A stretch of 64,000 bases of DNA from Candidatus Babeliales bacterium (GCA_963722075.1 CAVRJM010000001.1:448001-512000); one strand, 5' to 3'. Shown: positions 1 to 10,118, counted from the stretch's first letter. The notes: generated from the letters alone by a model not told the origin. Made by a program: numbers and translations.

Positions 1-1586
1 TTACATTGTGGGCACGCAGGATCAATCTCTAGTGCTTCTATTGAAACGGTATCCCAATATTCTACCCCTTCTTGTTCAACACCACGGGCAACTTTCTCAA
101 TTAATTCGGAACTGGTGTATACATAATTGCAATTTTTGCATAATAACCCAGGAATTGGAACGCCCCACGCGCGTTGCCGAGAAAGGCACCATTCCAAGCG
201 CCCTGAAATCGTTGCTTTCAAATAGTTATTTGATTTTTCAGGCAAGAAGGCAATAGTTTCAATCGCTTCAAGCGCATGCTCTTTAAGATTGTTATGTTCA
301 AGATCACAAAACCATTGATTGGTGGCACGGAATATGAGGCCGTTATGGCAACGCCAGCAATGCGGATACGAGTGGCGTATAGTATTTTTAAAGAATAATG
401 AGCCATTGTGTGCCGCTTTTTTAATGACCCAAATTTGACCGTCGGTAACGCTCATACCCTGGAGCTCTTCCGGGTCAATGCCAACAGTATATTTCCCATC
501 GGGGCTTATGGGAGAAAAAATTTCTAAATTATGTTTAAGGGCAATTTCATAGTCGATTGGCCCGCAACCAGGTGCGCAATGGACGGCTGCTGTTCCATCT
601 TCTAATCCAACAGAATGATCCAAAATCACCGGTACGGTTAATGATTCAATAAAAGGATGCCGCACGTTACTATTTTCCAACAACGCAGAATTGAGCACTG
701 CTACCACCTTTTTAGGGGTTTCTTTAAGATTGCAGATGGTATCAGATAATGCTGAGGCGACAATAATATATTCGTCATTAAAATCTAATACATCATATTC
801 TGTATCGGGTTTAAGTATAACGGCGCGATTAAGAGGCAGTGTCCAGGGGGTCGTTGTCCATACTAATATGCTTACTGGTTTACCTTGACAGATAGGTAGT
901 AGCCGGTGAACGTCTTTTGGTTCGAGATTAAATCGTATATATATTGAAGGATCTTTACGTTCCTTATATTCAATTTCAGCGCTCGCAAGTACGGTTTGGT
1001 CATACATACACCAAGGAACTGTTTTATTTTTTCTTTCAATATATCCTTCCTTAAATAGAATACCAAAGGAACGTATAATGGTTGCTTCGTAATCATAATT
1101 CATGGTTAGGTAGGGTTTATCCCAATGCATTAATACCCCTAGCCTTTTAAATTCTTCTTTTTGAATTTCTATCCATTTAGAAGCATACAGCCGGCATTGT
1201 TTTTTAATTGATTCCGGCGCAAGATCGGGAAATTCTTTTACTACTTTTAATTCAATAGGGAGTCCATGGCAATCCCATCCGGGTATTACGGGAACGTATT
1301 TACCAAACATTCGTTGTGATTTACATACGATGTCTTTTAATATTTTGTTATATGCCCCTCCCAAATGGACATGGCCATTTGCATAGGGTGGGCCGTCATG
1401 GAAAATAAAGGAAGGTTTCCCTTTATTATGGGTAAAGGTTTTATTATAAAGGTCATCGTCTTGCCATCGTTTTAAAATAATCGGGTCTTCTTGCCCAGCG
1501 TTTGCACGGATAGGAAAATCGGTGCGCGGTAAATTAAGTGTATCTTTAAAACTTTTTTGTGTTTTTACATCGCTTTGCGCTGCCAT
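1..1586 (-). CDS. ileS: Isoleucyl-tRNA synthetase (type 1), N-terminal part; runs off the left edge and is absent from the ORF track
   Basis: Manual translation from ATG at 1586: MAAQSDVKTQKSFKDTLNLPRTDFPIRAN...HDGPPYANGHVHLGGAYNKILKD...PGWDCHGLPIE...WTTTPWTLP...GTAAVHCAPGCG...HSYPHCWRC...WCLSRQRAWGVPIP. Confidence 0.97.
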   Translation of the reverse strand, partial: MAAQSDVKTQKSFKDTLNLPRTDFPIRANAGQEDPIILKRWQDDDLYNKTFTHNKGKPSFIFHDGPPYANGHVHLGGAYNKILKDIVCKSQRMFGKYVPVIPGWDCHGLPIELKVVKEFPDLAPESIKKQCRLYASKWIEIQKEEFKRLGVLMHWDKPYLTMNYDYEATIIRSFGILFKEGYIERKNKTVPWCMYDQTVLASAEIEYKERKDPSIYIRFNLEPKDVHRLLPICQGKPVSILVWTTTPWTLPLNRAVILKPDTEYDVLDFNDEYIIVASALSDTICNLKETPKKVVAVLNSALLENSNVRHPFIESLTVPVILDHSVGLEDGTAAVHCAPGCGPIDYEIALKHNLEIFSPISPDGKYTVGIDPEELQGMSVTDGQIWVIKKAAHNGSLFFKNTIRHSYPHCWRCHNGLIFRATNQWFCDLEHNNLKEHALEAIETIAFLPEKSNNYLKATISGRLEWCLSRQRAWGVPIPGLLCKNCNYVYTSSELIEKVARGVEQEGVEYWDTVSIEALEIDPACPQC

Positions 1587-1697
1587 AAAAAACCCTTATA
1601 ATAATCCTTAATAAAATACATAATAAATAATACTTATTAGTATATCACAGCTCCTTCAAAACATAAAAATTAACGTAACTTACGCAGCGGTACAAAA

Positions 1698-1757
1698 AGA
1701 ATAGAGTAAAACTAAATTCTATTTATAATGTAGATAGATTTAGTTTTACTCTATTCT
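1698..1757. repeat. Inverted repeat with 20-bp perfect arms in the divergent ileS/murD intergenic region
   Basis: AGAATAGAGTAAAACTAAAT (1698-1717) and ATTTAGTTTTACTCTATTCT (1738-1757). Confidence 0.85.
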
Positions 1758-1826
1758 AAGTTCTGTATAATAAGTTTAGAAAGCTATGGGAATATTTACA
1801 TATATATAAAATTATCAGAAAAAACT

Positions 1827-3164
1827 ATGAGTTTTATCAATAAAAAAATAGGCATATGGGGATTTGGCGTTGTCGGCAAAGCCGCCCTTAAATTCTTTAG
1901 TAACTATACTGCCAATCTTACCATAATGGATAAAAAAGAATTATCAGATGAGGATCTGATACTACTAAAACGCTATAAAGCGCACGTTATCCCCGAGACT
2001 AACAACTCAGATTTTTTCATTGATAACGATCTCATCATCCCAAGCCCGGGTATAAATACCCAGCCATACCATGCATATCGCCATAAATTTATTACCGAAC
2101 TCGATATTATACAGCAGCTATTTACCAAACCAATAGTGGCAATTACGGGCACCGTAGGAAAAACATCCATTACTCATATATTGTCTACTCTCATAGCGCA
2201 CCATATGCCCATAGTAACTGGTGGCAATATTGGCGTGGGAATGCTTGAACTCATAGAAAAACAAGATGAATGCTCAATGATGTTCCTAGAAGTCTCCAGC
2301 TTTCAATTAGAACATTGCACGTGCTTTGCTCCGCAGTTGGCAATTTGGACCAATTTTTATCCAAATCATTTGGATAGACATCAATCATTGGAAGAATATT
2401 TTAAGGCAAAAGCTACTATAATTGCTCATCAAAATGAATCGCAAAGTGCCCTGATACCCATAGAGCTTGCATCACACGTAAATAATATGCATTACAAATC
2501 GCGCATTCATTTTTTTTCACCAGAAAAACCAACGGATACTCTTTTACATACTATGCCAGCAATGAGCATGATATTTTGGATCCAAGAAAATAATATTGTC
2601 TGTTTTTCAAAAAAAACAGTAAAAAAAATAGCACCATTGCATACCGAAGGGACTTTTTCTATAAACTGGCTCATTATCCAGGCAGCCTTATATATTCTTA
2701 ATTTACCACAACCAACAACAACTCAGATAACAATACCAGAACATCGCATAGAAAAGATTGAATCAGCAAACAACATAGAATTTTACAATGATTCCAAATC
2801 AACTATTATGGAATCAACCATTGCCGCCGTTAATAAATTACAATCAAAGCCTATTATTTTATTATTAGGAGGATTAAGCAAAGGTGCCGACCGCTCATCA
2901 AAAATTAAAGAACTACAACACAAAGTAACATATATAATAACCTTTGGTACCGAATCATCCCTACTCCATCATGCTGCTCAACAACATAATATTCCTTGCA
3001 TATCGGTAAATACCTTAGACCAAGCGGTGAACCACGCCTACTCAATTGCATGCCCCGGAGACCAAATTATATTATCACCCGGCGGATCGAGCTATGATCA
3101 ATTCACTGATTATAAAGCGCGTGGCGCACATTTCAAAAAAATCGTACAGACGCTCATTACATAA
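1827..3164 (+). CDS. murD: UDP-N-acetylmuramoyl-L-alanine--D-glutamate ligase
   Basis: PSPGI, AITGTVGKT, GGNIG, LEVSSFQL, NHLDRH, YNDSKST, LSPGGSSYDQF..RG motifs. Confidence 0.96.
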   Translation: MSFINKKIGIWGFGVVGKAALKFFSNYTANLTIMDKKELSDEDLILLKRYKAHVIPETNNSDFFIDNDLIIPSPGINTQPYHAYRHKFITELDIIQQLFTKPIVAITGTVGKTSITHILSTLIAHHMPIVTGGNIGVGMLELIEKQDECSMMFLEVSSFQLEHCTCFAPQLAIWTNFYPNHLDRHQSLEEYFKAKATIIAHQNESQSALIPIELASHVNNMHYKSRIHFFSPEKPTDTLLHTMPAMSMIFWIQENNIVCFSKKTVKKIAPLHTEGTFSINWLIIQAALYILNLPQPTTTQITIPEHRIEKIESANNIEFYNDSKSTIMESTIAAVNKLQSKPIILLLGGLSKGADRSSKIKELQHKVTYIITFGTESSLLHHAAQQHNIPCISVNTLDQAVNHAYSIACPGDQIILSPGGSSYDQFTDYKARGAHFKKIVQTLIT

Positions 3165-3234
3165 TTTTCATTAAATAATTACGCTAAAATTATCTACATC
3201 AACAGACTAAGATTACTTATTTAGCTTTCCATAT

Positions 3235-3313
3235 TGTCATCCTGAGCGCGTCCGACTTCGCCAAGGCTCCGATGGATTCTTACGATCTTGTAAAACAAGA
3301 TCTCAGAATGACA
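3235..3313. repeat. Composite REP-like palindrome: family A shell with a family B element and a perfect hairpin inside
   Basis: TGTCATCCTGAG...CTCAGAATGACA arms enclose TCCGACTTCGCCAAGGCTCCGATGGA and GATCTTGT-AAA-ACAAGATC. Confidence 0.75.
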
Positions 3314-3427
3314 GCATTAACAATAACACTCGCATTATCAGACACAACCAATCTATTGATTATTTTTTTAATTATGATTTAAATTTAAAAGTACCATTGA
3401 AAATAATTTGATATGTAGGGACAAGTA

Positions 3428-5053
3428 ATGAAAAATAATATCAAAAGTCTCGTACTCATCTTATGCATGGTAATGCCAGTCTATCCGCTTGAACAAATTG
3501 CCATTGTATTTATTGTGGATCAACTTTCCTATAGTGCATTAAAAAAAGTACAACCGTTCCTACAAGGCGGTATAAAAGAATTATTAGATAACGGTGTGAT
3601 ATATACCGATGCGCATTTTAACCATGCACACACCTCAACCGGCCCGGGGCATGCAACATTAAATACCGGCGTTTATAACCATGGCATCATTGGCAATTAT
3701 TGGTACAACAAAGAAGGAAAAAAAATAGCATGCGATTATGATACGCCAGATAGGGCAGCTCAATTTTTATATGCGCATCCTAAAAAAGGAAAATCCCCCC
3801 GCAATCTTGCAACCGACGGCATTTCCGATCAGGTGATGCTTGCATCAACTACTATTGCACAAAATTTGGTGGCAGCAGTTTCTTTAAAAAGTCGTGCTGC
3901 CATATTTTCTGCAGGCAGATTAGGAAAAGCAGCATGGTTTGAAACTGAACTTGGTGCATTCACCTCAAGTAAGGCATATTTTCGTCACTTACCTTCGTGG
4001 ATTCAAGAATTTAATCAGATGAGTAATATGCAAAGTACCAATGCACTTTTTTGGAAGCCCATCTATTCTTTAGGCAGCGCCGCCTATGCCATGGCTAAAA
4101 GAGATTATAGTGCCGCTCGCTTACCCTCGATTATTAACAAAAAATTAACACACGAATTTTTTAAACAAGACAAACATAAAGAGCATCATCATCCGTATAA
4201 TTTTATTTCCTATAGCCCACAATCAAATAAATTATTACTTGATTTAGCTGAACAGTATTTAAAAAAAGCATTACCACAAAATCCGCATAAAATATTACTC
4301 TGGATCAGCATGAGCAGCCTTGATAAAATTGGTCATATATATGGGCCCGATAGCTTAGAATACATCGACACGATTTATCATATTGATACTTACTTACAAT
4401 CATTTATGAACCGTATCAAAAATAGTATTTCTCCAACCAAAATCACCTTCGCATTTACTGCCGATCATGGAAGTGCCCCATTGGTTGAACTGTTGCAAAA
4501 AGAGCAATTTACATTGGCATATCGATTATTTACTAACAAAATACAAGACGAATTAAATGATATATTGGAAGATCGATTTGGGGTGCCATCCAGCATTCAA
4601 GGAATAGATGGCTCTTCAATCTACTTAAATCATAAAAACCTAGAACCACTCACAACAGTGCAAAAAAGACGATTAATCGATGCAATTAAATCCCATATGC
4701 AAAAACAAGAAGGGGTAAAACAAGTATGGACGTACGAGGAATTAGAAAATCAAAATCCAGCTCCCACTGATATTGCTTCATTTTTTAAAAACCAATTATT
4801 TCCTGGGCGAACTGCTTCGATTTTATATCAAACACTCCCCTATACGTACATGACAACTGATAAAGTTGGTACCGGCCACGTTTCTTGTTATGATTATACA
4901 ACGCACGTGCCCCTTGTAATATACCAACCAGTACAAGAAAAGAGACGTACTATTAATAAGCGCGTATCAATGACACAATTTGCACCTACTATAGCAGAAA
5001 AATTATCGATAGATAAACCATCGGCGTGTTTAGATAATGTATTGCCAGAATAG
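3428..5053 (+). CDS. Exported alkaline phosphatase superfamily enzyme (PafA/PhoK-like, Thr nucleophile)
   Basis: Signal peptide; IVDQL, TSTGPGHATLNTG, SLKSRAA, DKIGHIYGPDS, TADHG, GH..YDY.THVPL. Confidence 0.88.
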   Translation: MKNNIKSLVLILCMVMPVYPLEQIAIVFIVDQLSYSALKKVQPFLQGGIKELLDNGVIYTDAHFNHAHTSTGPGHATLNTGVYNHGIIGNYWYNKEGKKIACDYDTPDRAAQFLYAHPKKGKSPRNLATDGISDQVMLASTTIAQNLVAAVSLKSRAAIFSAGRLGKAAWFETELGAFTSSKAYFRHLPSWIQEFNQMSNMQSTNALFWKPIYSLGSAAYAMAKRDYSAARLPSIINKKLTHEFFKQDKHKEHHHPYNFISYSPQSNKLLLDLAEQYLKKALPQNPHKILLWISMSSLDKIGHIYGPDSLEYIDTIYHIDTYLQSFMNRIKNSISPTKITFAFTADHGSAPLVELLQKEQFTLAYRLFTNKIQDELNDILEDRFGVPSSIQGIDGSSIYLNHKNLEPLTTVQKRRLIDAIKSHMQKQEGVKQVWTYEELENQNPAPTDIASFFKNQLFPGRTASILYQTLPYTYMTTDKVGTGHVSCYDYTTHVPLVIYQPVQEKRRTINKRVSMTQFAPTIAEKLSIDKPSACLDNVLPE

Positions 5054-5150
5054 AAATTGACACGGCTTTTAGAAATATATTAATCTGGGTTTTGTTTTGC
5101 TCAGTTTGTAAGTACTAATTAAAGCATAAAAATATACACACTTAGAAAGA

Positions 5151-5292
5151 CGTCGTTGCGAGCTCGTCGAAGCAATCCAGATTAAAAATAGAATAATGAT
5201 GAATATTTATTAATGGATCACCACGCAAGCTCGTGATGACAATGCTACCCATGAATGTCATCATGAGGAGCGTAAGCGACGTGAGGATCCAG
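5151..5292. repeat. Three family A REP-like palindromes in alternating orientation
   Basis: CGTCGTTGCGAGCTCGTCGAAGCAATCCAG (5151-5180); TGGATCACCACGCAAGCTCGTGATGAC (5214-5240); TGTCATCATGAGGAGCGTAAGCGACGTGAGGATCCAG (5256-5292). Confidence 0.88.
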
Positions 5293-5314
5293 GTAAAAAA
5301 AGAAAAAAAACCAT

Positions 5315-6421
5315 ATGTTTTATGATCAAAAACAATTATATACCGACCTCAAAATCTTTCTTTCACTTATTACCTGCCTTATAATATTAGGCTTTCTGTT
5401 TATATATTCATCAAGCTCAGTATATGCATTAGAAAAATTCGGCACTGCCAGTTATTTTGTAAAAAAACAGTTCTTTGGATTTATACTCGGTATGGCAGGC
5501 TTATTAATAGCGCGTTACTTTCCACTTGATTTTATTAAAAGCTTATGCCCGCTATTTTTCGGGTCCTCATTATTGCTTACGCTTTTAACTTTAGTGCCCT
5601 TTTTTTCCGAACGTATTCATGGATCTCGCCGTTGGCTTTATTGCTATGGGTACAGCTTCCAACCGAGCGAATTATTAAAAATGGCACTCATTCTTTTTCT
5701 TGCCTATTTTTTATCAAAACAACAATCATATGGCTACTCATTTAAATATAGCTACCTTCCTTTTGTTTCGATTATTGCTTTAGTAGCAATAATTTTACTT
5801 AAGCAGCCTGATTTTGGCATGGCACTTACTATCTTAATAACATCATTTTTATTATTTTTTATTGTACAATTCAAAACAAAACATCTGGTTTTAACCGCAA
5901 CTACGTTGATACCCACCATTGGCGCATTGATATATTTACAACCATACCGCTGGCAACGAGTCCTGACCTTTTTAAATCCGTGGAATGATCCAAAAGGTGC
6001 TGGGTTTCAAATTATTCAATCATTGATTGCAATCGGATCTGGCAGCTTACTGGGTATTGGAATTTCTCATTCAAAGCAAAAATTTTTCTATTTGCCCATG
6101 CAGCACACAGATTTCATCTTTTCCATTATTGCTGAAGAAACGGGATTTGCTGGATCGCTCGTTATTATTACCCTTTATTTTCTTTTTTTATATTTTGGTA
6201 TGCGTATAGCTTGGCAATTACGGGATAATTTCTCTTCATTAGTTACCTTGGGATTTGTTATTCTTATCACCTTACAAACCACTATAAATCTTGCTGTTAC
6301 TACCGGAATGGTTCCCACTAAAGGTATAGGGCTTCCCTTTGTCAGTTATGGAATTTCAGCACTATTATGTAATTTATGCATGGTAGGGCTTATTATCAAT
6401 TGCGTATCAGAAAATAGGTGA
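5315..6421 (+). CDS. ftsW: SEDS-family peptidoglycan glycosyltransferase FtsW
   Basis: Multi-TM protein; GSRRW, FQPSELLK, KQPDFG, GFQIIQSLIAIGSG, LPMQHTDFIFSIIAEE, PTKGIGLPFVSYG. Confidence 0.95.
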   Translation: MFYDQKQLYTDLKIFLSLITCLIILGFLFIYSSSSVYALEKFGTASYFVKKQFFGFILGMAGLLIARYFPLDFIKSLCPLFFGSSLLLTLLTLVPFFSERIHGSRRWLYCYGYSFQPSELLKMALILFLAYFLSKQQSYGYSFKYSYLPFVSIIALVAIILLKQPDFGMALTILITSFLLFFIVQFKTKHLVLTATTLIPTIGALIYLQPYRWQRVLTFLNPWNDPKGAGFQIIQSLIAIGSGSLLGIGISHSKQKFFYLPMQHTDFIFSIIAEETGFAGSLVIITLYFLFLYFGMRIAWQLRDNFSSLVTLGFVILITLQTTINLAVTTGMVPTKGIGLPFVSYGISALLCNLCMVGLIINCVSENR

Positions 6422-6435
6422 CAACGCAGTTGTCA
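6419..6435. terminator. Short hairpin at the convergent ftsW / LigD-POL junction
   Basis: TGACAAC-GCA-GTTGTCA, starting at the ftsW stop and abutting the LigD-POL stop. Confidence 0.35.
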
Positions 6436-7353
6436 TCATTTCATATCATTAAAAATTTTTTGTGCCTTAATTATTGATCGTGCGGATTTCTTCATTGTTT
6501 CCCATGGATCACCCTTTTTTTCTAAGCGTTTAAACACCGTAAAAATTGAATACCGCTGAGAATCTAATTTGGCATCATCAACTTCATGCCAATCGATGGG
6601 GGTAGCAACGGGAGCACCTGGATGCGCTCTAATAGCATAAGGTGCTACTGCAGTTGCTGTATATGAATTACGTAAATAATCTAAAAAAATTTTTTTTCCG
6701 CGTTTTGATTTACGCAGCTCCAGCGTTAAGTTATCAGGATCAACTTGTTGTAAAAAAAATGCAATATCATAGGCAAATGCACGCACTTTTTCAAAAGGCT
6801 GCTTACGATCAAGCGGAACCACCACATGCAATCCGCGCGATCCGGTGGTCATTACAAACGGCACTAAGCCAAGTTTTTCTAAAAATTCTTTAAAAAGGAG
6901 CGCCGTTTTTCTGATTTGATTAAAATCAAATTTTTCCCCGGAAGGATCTAAATCAAAAATCATACGATCGGGGTAATTGAGCTTATCAATTTTACTCAGC
7001 CAAATATGAGGCGTTAAACAAAGTTGGTTTGCTAAATAAACTAGGGTCGCTTTTTGATCAACCACAACATAATGAACAATTTTACCCTCTTCCGATTTAA
7101 TCGGTTCTAAGGTAATCCACTTAGGAAAATATTCTCCCGCGTTTTTTTGAAAAAATCCTTCTTCATTAATGCCATTAGGATACCGCAGCATAGAAACGGG
7201 TCGATTTTTCATATACGGTATCATGGTAGCAGCAATTTGGTAATAATAAGCAACTACTTCTTGTTTAGTAATTTTATCCATTGGAAACAGAATCTTATCA
7301 AGATGAGTAAGCTCAATAGTATGTCCGCTAATGGTAATATTATTTTTTACCAT
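6436..7353 (-). CDS. Stand-alone NHEJ LigD-type primase-polymerase (POL) domain
   Basis: THLDKILFP, RYPNGI..EGFFQKN, PDRMIFDLDP, TTGSRGLHV, IFLDYLRNSY.ATAVAPYAIRA; ATG at 7353 preceded by GAGG. Confidence 0.92.
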   Translation of the reverse strand: MVKNNITISGHTIELTHLDKILFPMDKITKQEVVAYYYQIAATMIPYMKNRPVSMLRYPNGINEEGFFQKNAGEYFPKWITLEPIKSEEGKIVHYVVVDQKATLVYLANQLCLTPHIWLSKIDKLNYPDRMIFDLDPSGEKFDFNQIRKTALLFKEFLEKLGLVPFVMTTGSRGLHVVVPLDRKQPFEKVRAFAYDIAFFLQQVDPDNLTLELRKSKRGKKIFLDYLRNSYTATAVAPYAIRAHPGAPVATPIDWHEVDDAKLDSQRYSIFTVFKRLEKKGDPWETMKKSARSIIKAQKIFNDMK

Positions 7354-7951
7354 ACTTAGCCTCAACTTGTGCTTCTTTTTTTATTTGAGCTAACGTACGG
7401 TCGGAAAGCGCTGATTTTGTTTTATTCTTTATGGCCGGAATTTTTTTATCCTCTTTCATTTTAAATATAAGCCAATTTTTTTTATCATCATGTAATTTAG
7501 TACGAACTAATGCGTACAAGCCATGTAATTTTTTACCTTCTAAATTAACTTCGATTTTCCCATCCAGCAATGCTTTTTCCATCGAAATGCCATAGGGCTC
7601 TTTAGCATTTTCAAAGGTACCGATATCCCACACCATAACCGTTCCTGCTCCATAATTTCCTTCAGGAATTACCCCTTCAAAGGTTGCGTAATCCATGGGA
7701 TGATCTTCCGTCATCACCGCTAAATGCTTTTCATTAGGATTGGTGGAAGGTCCTTTTGGCACGGCCCAAGAAACTAATACGCCATCAATTTCAAGCCTAA
7801 AATCATAATGCAAATGAGAAGCGTCATGCTTTTGAATAACAAAAATGGGATTCTTTTTTTTAGTTCTTTTAACTACCCCGCGCGGTTCAGGCGTTTTTTT
7901 AAAAGAACGTTTCTTGCGATACTCTTTTAACGGCGTTTTTTTTGTAGGCAT
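7340..7951 (-). CDS. Stand-alone LigD 3'-phosphoesterase (PE) domain
   Basis: EYRKKRSFKKTPEP, FVIQKHDASHLHYDFRLE, SWAVPKGPS, EDHPMDY, FEGVIPEGNYGAG; likely start ATG 7951 with GGAG RBS (ORF track starts at 8053). Confidence 0.92.
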   Translation of the reverse strand: MPTKKTPLKEYRKKRSFKKTPEPRGVVKRTKKKNPIFVIQKHDASHLHYDFRLEIDGVLVSWAVPKGPSTNPNEKHLAVMTEDHPMDYATFEGVIPEGNYGAGTVMVWDIGTFENAKEPYGISMEKALLDGKIEVNLEGKKLHGLYALVRTKLHDDKKNWLIFKMKEDKKIPAIKNKTKSALSDRTLAQIKKEAQVEAKYGKK

Positions 7952-8194
7952 CGAAACTCCAGAGAGAGAATTCAAAATACAAAAACAAATGAGTAAGCGG
8001 TTTAATGATATGTTCATGAGCATATGGTATAATGCCCTATTATATTTTTTCAAGAATATGAGTGGAATCTTTTAAGAGCTGTATAGCCCATTAATCCTAT
8101 TCCTGCTGTTTTCCTCTAGATTCTATTAAGTTTATATCTTTAATTACTTCTAATGCAAAAAAATTTGCTCAATTGATATAAACGTACAAATGTA

Positions 8195-8389
8195 CGTCGT
8201 TGCGAGCTTGTCGAAGCAATCCAGTCTTTTTAAAATTTTTCAAAGTTTTATCAATTTTGCTTGTGAATAATAATACTTATATTTTAAATTTAAACCTTTT
8301 AATAATTCATTCAACTTTAGCCTATCACTTTTTACAAATGCTTATTGTATTATTTTAATCTTGATTGCTTCGACAGGCTCGCAACGACG
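8195..8389. repeat. Inverted pair of 30-bp family A repeats around a 135-bp AT-rich spacer (REPIN/MITE-like)
   Basis: CGTCGTTGCGAGCTTGTCGAAGCAATCCAG (8195-8224) and CTTGATTGCTTCGACAGGCTCGCAACGACG (8360-8389). Confidence 0.9.
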
Positions 8390-8497
8390 GTTTTCCGCGC
8401 TTATGTTATCACCTGGTGCAGATCAATGTGATAGATTAAACACGTTCTAAGTCTTGTGTACAATTATGCTTTTAAGACTCAACACAAAAAAATCACT

Positions 8498-10006
8498 TTA
8501 TTTCCATTGCATTGCTAAATCAACAAGCAAGCGAACGCCTACGCCCGTAGCACCGGTAGAATAATAACTAATATCAGGAACATCAAAAGCAGTTCCAGCA
8601 ATATCTAAATGCACCCATGGCGTTTCGCCAACAAAATTCTGTAAAAAAAATCCAGCCGTAATAGCACCTGCTTTATATTTTGAACTACCAATATTGCAAA
8701 TATCTGCAACCTGAGACTTAATTGCTGCTTTATAATCATTATCAAATGGCAGTGGCCATACGCGATCACCTGATGTTTTTGCTGCTTCTTGCACCTTATT
8801 TGCTAATTCCTGATGCTGGCTCATCATACCGCTAAAGAATGGCCCTAATGCATAGGCGCATGCTCCGGTAAGCGTTGCTAAATCTATAATGGCATCAGGC
8901 TTATAATGCTTTACTGCATACGAAAGCGCATCAGCCAAAATTAAACGCCCTTCAGCATCAGTATTACGAACTTCTGCTGTTTTGCCATTATAAAAACGTA
9001 AAATATCGCCTGGCTTAGTTGCTTTACCACTTGGCATATTTTCTGAAAGTGGTGCAATAGCAATAATATTTACTGGTGGCTTTAAATGAGCAAGTGCTTG
9101 CATAGCACCAATCACCGCAGCAGCACCGGACATGTCTTCTTTCATGGTTTCCATCGAAGCCGCTGGTTTAATACTCAAACCACCTGAATCAAAGGTGATT
9201 CCTTTACCAACAAATGCTATTGTTTGCGCATGCGGCTTGGTGGTCTTATATTCCATAATCACTAATTTTGCATCTTGATCAGATCCTGCTGAAACGCCCG
9301 CAAGTCCGCCCATCCCCATTTCTTTAATTTCATGCTCAGTAAAAATGGTAATACCAAGGCCATGATTATGCGCAATCTGTTTTGCTTTATCAGCAAGCTC
9401 CATTGGCGGTAATGCAGTTGGTGGTAAATCAACCCAATTACGCGCATCATTTACCGCGCGAGCAATAATTAATCCGTCATGCGCACCTTCTTGAGTGTCT
9501 TTAATGAGAGCCGGTTCAACAACACCAGTAATCATAATATTATGATCAACTTTGCGCTCTGGATCAGTGATATACGAATCAAATTGGTACGCTGCCATTT
9601 TTGCAATAACTGCAGTTTGCTGTGCTAAATAGTGCTGCGTAACACCAAAAAGAGTCGCTGAAGGCAATACCATCGCCGTATGTTTTAATTTGCGACTTTG
9701 TACCGTTTTAACCATTTTACCAAGCGCGCGCCGATATACTTCAATATCAATCACCCCTTTAACTGGTTTTCCTAAACCAGCAAAAAATAGGGTGTGATTT
9801 TTTTTACCTACCGAGCAAGGGACAATCAATAATGAACCATTCTTTCCAGTGAATGATGATTCATGCATGAAATCAAGCAACGTAGGGAAATAGGTTGAAG
9901 CAATTTCTTGTAATTGCGGTGTAGTTGAAAAATCTTGCTCTAGAAACAGAGCGGTCGCTTCAGATTTATGAGTTAAAAGCGGTTTATCAGAAAATGTTAT
10001 TTCCAT
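8498..10006 (-). CDS. pepA: Leucyl aminopeptidase (M17)
   Basis: VGKGITFDSGGLSIK, MKEDMSGAA, NTDAEGRLILADAL, DLATLTGA, WVHLDIAGTA. Confidence 0.97.
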   Translation of the reverse strand: MEITFSDKPLLTHKSEATALFLEQDFSTTPQLQEIASTYFPTLLDFMHESSFTGKNGSLLIVPCSVGKKNHTLFFAGLGKPVKGVIDIEVYRRALGKMVKTVQSRKLKHTAMVLPSATLFGVTQHYLAQQTAVIAKMAAYQFDSYITDPERKVDHNIMITGVVEPALIKDTQEGAHDGLIIARAVNDARNWVDLPPTALPPMELADKAKQIAHNHGLGITIFTEHEIKEMGMGGLAGVSAGSDQDAKLVIMEYKTTKPHAQTIAFVGKGITFDSGGLSIKPAASMETMKEDMSGAAAVIGAMQALAHLKPPVNIIAIAPLSENMPSGKATKPGDILRFYNGKTAEVRNTDAEGRLILADALSYAVKHYKPDAIIDLATLTGACAYALGPFFSGMMSQHQELANKVQEAAKTSGDRVWPLPFDNDYKAAIKSQVADICNIGSSKYKAGAITAGFFLQNFVGETPWVHLDIAGTAFDVPDISYYSTGATGVGVRLLVDLAMQWK

Positions 10007-10076
10007 AGAAAATCTCTTATTAAATATTTTTAACTATTTATGTAATTATAAAAAATAATACGAGGTATGACTAGAG

Positions 10077-10109
10077 TTAAGGGCCCGTATACTCGATACG
10101 AGCCCTTAA
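10077..10109 (-). terminator. Stem-loop downstream of the 1934-aa gene
   Basis: TTAAGGGCCCGTAT-ACTCG-ATACGAGCCCTTAA, just past the stop at 10119. Confidence 0.65.
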
Positions 10110-10118
10110 TTATTTTTG

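Noticed and set aside
8..1096. Short ORFs 8-256, 218-406, 691-888 and 872-1096
   Set aside because: Shadow frames inside ileS.
1587..1826. T-box riboswitch upstream of ileS
   Set aside because: No T-box consensus (AAGGTGGTACCGCG-like with antiterminator) recognised; the region is short, AT-rich and shared with the divergent murD.
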